Source of the DNA: Minisyncoccia bacterium
Lineage (GTDB): Bacteria; Patescibacteriota; Minisyncoccia; Phycocordibacterales; DATDWN01
DNA length: 39,525 nucleotides
Reading direction: 5' to 3'
Assembly (NCBI GenBank): GCA_049298975.1
Contig: JBAQWP010000095.1
Span: forward strand, 1-39,525
In this document: positions 35,399 through 39,525 of the stretch, piece by piece
Layout: every line of letters begins with the position of its first letter
Position numbering within the stretch: position 1 is the first letter of the stretch
Notes under the pieces: generated by a model
Seen by the model: the letters and a program-made list of their open reading frames with translations, nothing else
Told to the model about the DNA's origin: nothing
Databases searched by the model: none
Position numbers and translations under genes: made by a program

Positions 35399-35944
35399 TT
35401 ACACTTTTCGAACTTGAAGGAAGTCGAGTTCAACAGGTGTCTCGCGACCGAACATAGCGACTAGGACTTTCACCTTTCCTCTCTCCTCATCAACTTCTGA
35501 AACCTTACCTTCAAGATCCTTAAACGGACCATCTACTATCTTTATTGCGTCATTTAGCGATAAGTCGATCTTGTGCTTAACTTCCCCTGCATTCATTCTA
35601 GAGAATAACTCATCAACTTCTTTCTTCTCTATTGGAACTGGATAAACACCGGAGCCAACGAAGCCTGTAACACGTGGGGTATTTCTTACTACATACCATG
35701 AATCTTCAGTAACTATCATATCTACCAAAATATACCCTGGATATATTTTTTCCTCTTCCTCCACTCTCTTACCTCCCTTTATTTTTATTTTTTTCTCAGT
35801 AGGAACTATTACGTTAAAAATCTTATCTTCCATTCCAAGAGACTCGATTCTCTGTTTGAGATTTCGCATCACTGCGTTTTCATATCCAGCATAGGTATGA
35901 ATCACGTACCAATTTCTATCAGATTGTGGCTGTTGCTTAGACAT
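35399..35944 (-). CDS. nusG: Transcription termination/antitermination factor NusG
   Basis: NGN domain (WYVIHTYAGYENAV) and KOW domain (IVDGPFKDLEGKV). Confidence 0.95.
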   Translation of the reverse strand: MSKQQPQSDRNWYVIHTYAGYENAVMRNLKQRIESLGMEDKIFNVIVPTEKKIKIKGGKRVEEEEKIYPGYILVDMIVTEDSWYVVRNTPRVTGFVGSGVYPVPIEKKEVDELFSRMNAGEVKHKIDLSLNDAIKIVDGPFKDLEGKVSEVDEERGKVKVLVAMFGRETPVELDFLQVRKV

Positions 35945-35953
35945 AGTTTAAGG

Positions 35954-36139
35954 TTAGTCAATATTTAAAACAAATTGTAAAAATTTTCCAAATATGTAAT
36001 CAAAGAAACCAAGATAAAATGAAACAAATATCGAGATAAGAATAACAACGATAGTAAAAGCTACCGCTTGGCTTCTTGTCGGCCAAGCAACGTGCTTAAG
36101 TTCTCCTTGTGTATCTTTTATGTATGTAAGTAATGACAT
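35954..36139 (-). CDS. secE: Preprotein translocase subunit SecE
   Basis: 61 aa from ATG 36139 (MSLLTYIKDTQGELKHVAWPTRSQAVAFTIVVILISIF...), with the single-TM SecE pattern upstream of nusG. The track ORF N-terminal extension is implausible. Confidence 0.8.
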   Translation of the reverse strand: MSLLTYIKDTQGELKHVAWPTRSQAVAFTIVVILISIFVSFYLGFFDYIFGKFLQFVLNID

Positions 36140-36294
36140 GAATGATTTTCTTGAGCAGAGCGATCGGAAAATCATCACCCTGTGAAATAATTTCACTGGG
36201 TAATAGATTATATTCGCTTCGCACATTAATCTATTAAAAAACCCCTCCCGGGGAATCAGTTCTAATAGTACTCCTTTCTAAACATAAGTCAACT

Positions 36295-36328
36295 AAAAAA
36301 GCCCGGGAAGTTGATGTCCTTCCCGGGC
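36295..36328 (-). terminator. Strong intrinsic terminator after the high-GC orphan gene
   Basis: gcccgggaag-ttgatgtc-cttcccgggc (10-bp stem), followed on the minus strand by tttttt. A second small hairpin plus U-run lies at 36236..36256. Confidence 0.8.
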
Positions 36329-36356
36329 TCAGAGTGGCACTTACCAATGGAATGTG

Positions 36357-36995
36357 CTAGCTGAGGAGTGAAATCAGGTGTCCGGCCGTCTCGCGACGAG
36401 CGGCGAGAATCTTCTCGCGCTGGGTCTGCGCCGCGACACGGTTGAGCTCGGTTGCCCGAGCATCCTTCGCTTTCTTGGCCACACGCTGAGCCTCTCGTTC
36501 ACGAACAACGCGAACGTTGTCTCGGCGACGCTGTACGACGTCCGCTTCGGCCAAACACTTCTGCATGGCGTTGTGGGCGTCACGCCGCAGGTCGAACGTA
36601 CCATTGGTCTCGAGGCGAACCGCCTCGAGAACCCTGGTGTGAGCCTTGCGAAGCCCGCCGACGATGTCCTCGTCGTAACCCTCTTCGACTCGGAGCCGAA
36701 GCTCCTTGTTGAAGTGGGCCTCGCGAACCATCTGTCCATCATCAGTCATCTGATCGAAGACAGAATTGCGGACGTACTTTCCGAGGATCGAGCGTCCGAC
36801 GGAGACGATGTCTCCACCACGTGCGAGGGCCGTTTTGGCGTCGTTCTGTTCGATGGCCTCGGCCATCTGACGCACCCAACCGGCGACAGGATCACCAACC
36901 TTGAAGTCCATGAAGGACTTCATTGCGGCAATCACCTCCGTCACGCGCTCAACGGACTGCTCAAGGGTGATCTCGTGGCGGGTGGAATTCTTCAT
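36357..36995 (-). CDS. High-GC (about 60-65%) orphan protein, 212 aa, Arg-rich helical C-terminus, unknown function
   Basis: The frame is supported by a strong G/C bias at codon position 3 (hand check) and by ggagaatgcgATG at 36995. Overlapping ORFs on both strands are high-GC shadows. Confidence 0.65.
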   Translation of the reverse strand: MKNSTRHEITLEQSVERVTEVIAAMKSFMDFKVGDPVAGWVRQMAEAIEQNDAKTALARGGDIVSVGRSILGKYVRNSVFDQMTDDGQMVREAHFNKELRLRVEEGYDEDIVGGLRKAHTRVLEAVRLETNGTFDLRRDAHNAMQKCLAEADVVQRRRDNVRVVREREAQRVAKKAKDARATELNRVAAQTQREKILAARRETAGHLISLLS

Positions 36996-37042
36996 CGCAT
37001 TCTCCAACTTTTTCCGATGTTTTTCCCTCAAAGAACGTTATT

Positions 37043-37096
37043 GTTCAGTTCGGGAGGAGAAATCCTATTAGTAAGATTTTTTCTCCCGAACTGAAT
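37043..37096 (-). promoter_or_regulatory. 21-bp stem hairpin in the predicted 5' leader of the high-GC orphan gene
   Basis: ttcagttcgggaggagaaatc (37044..37064) pairs with gattttttctcccgaactgaa (37075..37095), including a 13-bp perfect run. Loop is ctattagtaa. Confidence 0.6.
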
Positions 37097-37108
37097 CTTT
37101 TTTTGTTA

Positions 37109-37137
37109 ATACTAACACCATCTAAAGTATTTGTCAA
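37109..37137 (-). promoter_or_regulatory. Candidate sigma70 promoter of the high-GC orphan gene
   Basis: Minus strand: TTGACA (37137..37132), 17 nt spacer, TAGTAT (37114..37109). Confidence 0.45.
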
Positions 37138-37166
37138 GGTATTTTCTGATTTTCTTTTCATATTTC

Positions 37167-37197
37167 AAAAAATGGCCTTATTTTAGGCCATTTTTTT
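37167..37197. terminator. Bidirectional intrinsic terminator (serves the SIMPL gene plus repeat copy B)
   Basis: A-run, aatggcct-tatttt-aggccatt hairpin, T-run. Confidence 0.75.
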
Positions 37198-37223
37198 GAA
37201 AACTCACCAAAAATCTACCCCGA

Positions 37224-37349
37224 AAACTTTCACAAACTGAGATAATTTCGTAGTTCGCAGACCTGAGTTTCGACTAAGCTGTACAAGTAGTACTGCGCAT
37301 GGAGAAACTTAGGTCGAGAACATAGAAATTCGCAAGTTTTGGAAGTTTA
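37224..37349 (-). repeat. Palindromic 3'-UTR repeat element, copy B, abutting the stop of the SIMPL-domain gene
   Basis: Full-length match to copy A. Internal stem is gacctgagtttc (37260..37271) / gaaacttaggtc (37304..37315). Confidence 0.8.
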
Positions 37350-38159
37350 CTACTCCACTTCGTAAGAAAGTGTAACTGTCGAAACAACCTTATTCTCCCC
37401 CACCGGTAACTCTGGAACAATTGGTGCTGCCTCAGCTGACATCACATCTGCCTTCATCATTCCACCTCTAGCATACAATACTGGATAATCACCACCTTCC
37501 TGGAAGTTAACTATCTTATTAAATTTAACACCTAATGACTTTGCTAGAACTTTTGCTTTTGCTTTTGCATCAGAAATAGCTTTATCTCTTGCCTCAGCAT
37601 TAGCAGCATCCATATCATCTACTACAAAACTAAGGCCGGAAATATTTGAAACTCCAAGCTCCCCAACCTTTGTTAGCGCACTGCCAGCATCTGCTGTCTT
37701 TCTTACCTTTACTGAAATTGATTGACTGACTTCATAACCAATGACAACTTGCTTACCTGGAGGACAGTAACCCGCAGAACATAACTCCGTTTTCATATAT
37801 TCATACTTTGGATAAGAATTGTAACTGTCAGTTTTTATATCCTTCTCTGCTATACCTAGTTTTTTCAAAGCCTCTATAACTGTGTTTGATTTCTTGGACG
37901 CCTTATCTTGAGCCTCCTTTACAGTTTTGCCCTCCTCAACTACAGAGTAAGAAAACGAACCTGTATCTGGAACTGTTGTTACTTCTCCTTTACCAGTGAC
38001 AGAAATAACGTTATTGGAATACAAACCCTTACCTATATACTTACCCTCCTTCATAGTATTCAATGTTTCAAAAGCAAGAAATGCTGCAAGAAATACCAGT
38101 GTTATAAACACTACATTAAATAATCTCTTCTTTTGAACTTCGTTTAAATATTGATACAT
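37350..38159 (-). CDS. SIMPL-domain (DUF541) secreted/periplasmic protein
   Basis: N-terminal TM/signal anchor and typical DUF541 blocks (ISVTGKGEVTTVPD, KDIKTDSYNSYP, ISGLSFVVDD). Confidence 0.8.
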   Translation of the reverse strand: MYQYLNEVQKKRLFNVVFITLVFLAAFLAFETLNTMKEGKYIGKGLYSNNVISVTGKGEVTTVPDTGSFSYSVVEEGKTVKEAQDKASKKSNTVIEALKKLGIAEKDIKTDSYNSYPKYEYMKTELCSAGYCPPGKQVVIGYEVSQSISVKVRKTADAGSALTKVGELGVSNISGLSFVVDDMDAANAEARDKAISDAKAKAKVLAKSLGVKFNKIVNFQEGGDYPVLYARGGMMKADVMSAEAAPIVPELPVGENKVVSTVTLSYEVE

Positions 38160-38221
38160 AAAATTTAGTTAATTAATAAAACTCCTTACATTTTAGCACA
38201 GACGAAATAAGAGTAAATTTC

Positions 38222-38752
38222 TTACTTAAAACAAGAAAATCTGGAAATATAGACCGAAACAAAGGAAACTGCACAACCAAGAAGTATCCCTGCTAAGACA
38301 TCGGAAACCCAATGAACTCCGAGATAAACTCTGGAAATTGCCACCAAAAAAATCATTAACAAACAAGCAAAATTAAATAAGTGTCTTCTGAATGAAGTAA
38401 AATAATCATCAAAGATATAAATAAGCATTACAAAAAATATGGTGGAAACTGTAGCATGGCCACTAGGAAAACTTTTTCCTAAGACATGCATGACTCCATC
38501 AATCGGTCTAGAAACATCAAAAATAATTTTCAATATATAAACTATTGCTGCGCCAAATCCTAAAGAAAAAATAAACAGTATTGAGTACTTTATATTTCTA
38601 ACGAGATAAATTAGTACCGCAATACAAAAAGCTATTAGCACAAAGTGAAAAGAATAGTCAAAAAGAATAGTCAATAAATATAAAAACTGAGTGAGGGAAT
38701 CTTCTCTAACGGTACTTATGTAATTTTGTATAAAAATATCTATGCTTCCCAT
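38222..38752 (-). CDS. PAP2-family membrane phosphatase (undecaprenyl-diphosphatase-like)
   Basis: The three PAP2 motifs are present: KIIFDVSRP, FPSGHA, SRVYLGVHWVSD. Confidence 0.85.
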   Translation of the reverse strand: MGSIDIFIQNYISTVREDSLTQFLYLLTILFDYSFHFVLIAFCIAVLIYLVRNIKYSILFIFSLGFGAAIVYILKIIFDVSRPIDGVMHVLGKSFPSGHATVSTIFFVMLIYIFDDYFTSFRRHLFNFACLLMIFLVAISRVYLGVHWVSDVLAGILLGCAVSFVSVYISRFSCFK

Positions 38753-39525
38753 CTTGCGTATATCCCAGCAGTTAAGACCCTCTTACTGTTTGACTCAACT
38801 ATGCCGAGCTCTCCAAACGACACACCCCCACCTAAACTACTACTTAATTCACTAAGTGTATTTGCATAAGTGGAGCCAGAGTAACTTGAGGCATAACCGT
38901 TTAACACGACCGCAATTGGTTTTTTAGATAAAATATTTTTTAATCTTAAAATCAGTGGAATTAAGTCGTTTTCAATTTTCCAACTCTCCCCCTTTGAGCC
39001 CTTCCCATATACAGGAGGATCTAAAAGTATGATGTCATAAGCACTCCCTCTCTTTATTTCTCTCTCTACAAACTTTCTAACATCATCCACCATTAGTCTT
39101 ACTTTTTTATCCTTTAGTCCTGAGCTTTCTATATTTTTTTTAGCCAAATCAACCGCAAACTTGGATGCATCCAGATGGACCACTTCTCCACCAGCTTTCA
39201 AAGCTGCCATAGTAGCCCCACCAGTATACGCAAAAAGATTTAGGACCTTTACTTCCTTTCTATTTTTTAGTTCATTTTTTATTTTTTGCTCCAACCAAAC
39301 CCAACTGGAAACTTGTTCTGGAAAAACTCCAAGATGTTTTGATGGTAAAAGCGATAAAGAGAAAGTTAAGCCTTCTAGCTCTATTTTCCATGGTTCCACA
39401 ATGTCTTTCGACTTGGTCCATCGACTTCCTGTTCCCGTGCGAGCATAAGTTGCATCTGCCTTAGCCCACTCCTCATCTTTTAGGCTCTTTCTCCATAAAA
39501 CTTGTGGATCAGGACGTCTCAAAAC
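38740..39525 (-). CDS. Class I SAM-dependent (RlmI/RlmK-like) methyltransferase, probably truncated at the window edge
   Basis: VLNLFAYTGGATMAA (SAM motif I) and ILLDPPVYG (motif IV). The track start is a TTG 3 nt from the window end, so the true N-terminus is likely outside. Confidence 0.75.
   Translation of the reverse strand, partial: VLRRPDPQVLWRKSLKDEEWAKADATYARTGTGSRWTKSKDIVEPWKIELEGLTFSLSLLPSKHLGVFPEQVSSWVWLEQKIKNELKNRKEVKVLNLFAYTGGATMAALKAGGEVVHLDASKFAVDLAKKNIESSGLKDKKVRLMVDDVRKFVEREIKRGSAYDIILLDPPVYGKGSKGESWKIENDLIPLILRLKNILSKKPIAVVLNGYASSYSGSTYANTLSELSSSLGGGVSFGELGIVESNSKRVLTAGIYARWEA

Noticed and set aside
36140-36236. A secE promoter (a TATAAT at about 36195 on the minus strand)
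   Set aside because: A -10 hexamer is present, but no acceptable -35 lies at 16-18 nt. That is too weak to annotate.
36374-37094. Overlapping long ORFs on both strands (36374..36742 -, 36378..37094 +, 36452..36712 +)
   Set aside because: These are stop-codon-poor shadows of a high-GC gene. Only the 36357..36995 frame shows a strong G/C third-position bias, an SD and a terminator.

Overview
AT-rich (about 35% GC by hand counts on sample lines) chromosomal segment. Its small, mostly minus-strand housekeeping genes look like a CPR/Patescibacteria (Parcubacteria-like) genome; that taxon call is inference. Confident genes: ftsK, recA, efp, rpsF-ssb-rpsR, tatD, metG, glyQS, recO, ileS, argS, dut, glyA, rplK, nusG and secE, plus a 1176-aa secreted surface protein. 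The standout is a complete diversity-generating retroelement (DGR) between ileS and argS. It has a DGR-type reverse transcriptase (24228..25262, -), an Avd-like four-helix-bundle gene (25269..25682, +), a 118-bp template repeat (25699..25816) and a matching variable repeat (26164..26281). The variable repeat lies at the 3' end of a small high-GC target gene (26153..26806, -). TR and VR differ at 20 positions. Every one is an adenine in the TR on the minus strand, and all 16 changed codons are nonsynonymous. The DGR is atypical in four ways: the target does not look like a C-type lectin, avd is inverted between TR and RT, avd carries a C9 tract, and the RT gene contains two long perfect palindromes. 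Other notable items: an IleRS with an internal histidine-phosphatase (PGAM-like) domain behind a T-box leader; a family of roughly 125-190-nt palindromic elements sitting between stop codons and terminators, with compensatory stem changes; two further high-GC orphan cassettes, each with a TTGACA/17-bp promoter, an SD and a terminator; a thymidylate-cycle supercluster (DNPH1-like, dut, glyA, folA, divergent thyA, dCMP-deaminase fusion) that is partly a higher-GC island replacing the expected rplA position; and a GC-rich structured RNA candidate between glyA and dut. No tRNA, rRNA, CRISPR array or transposase/integrase was seen.
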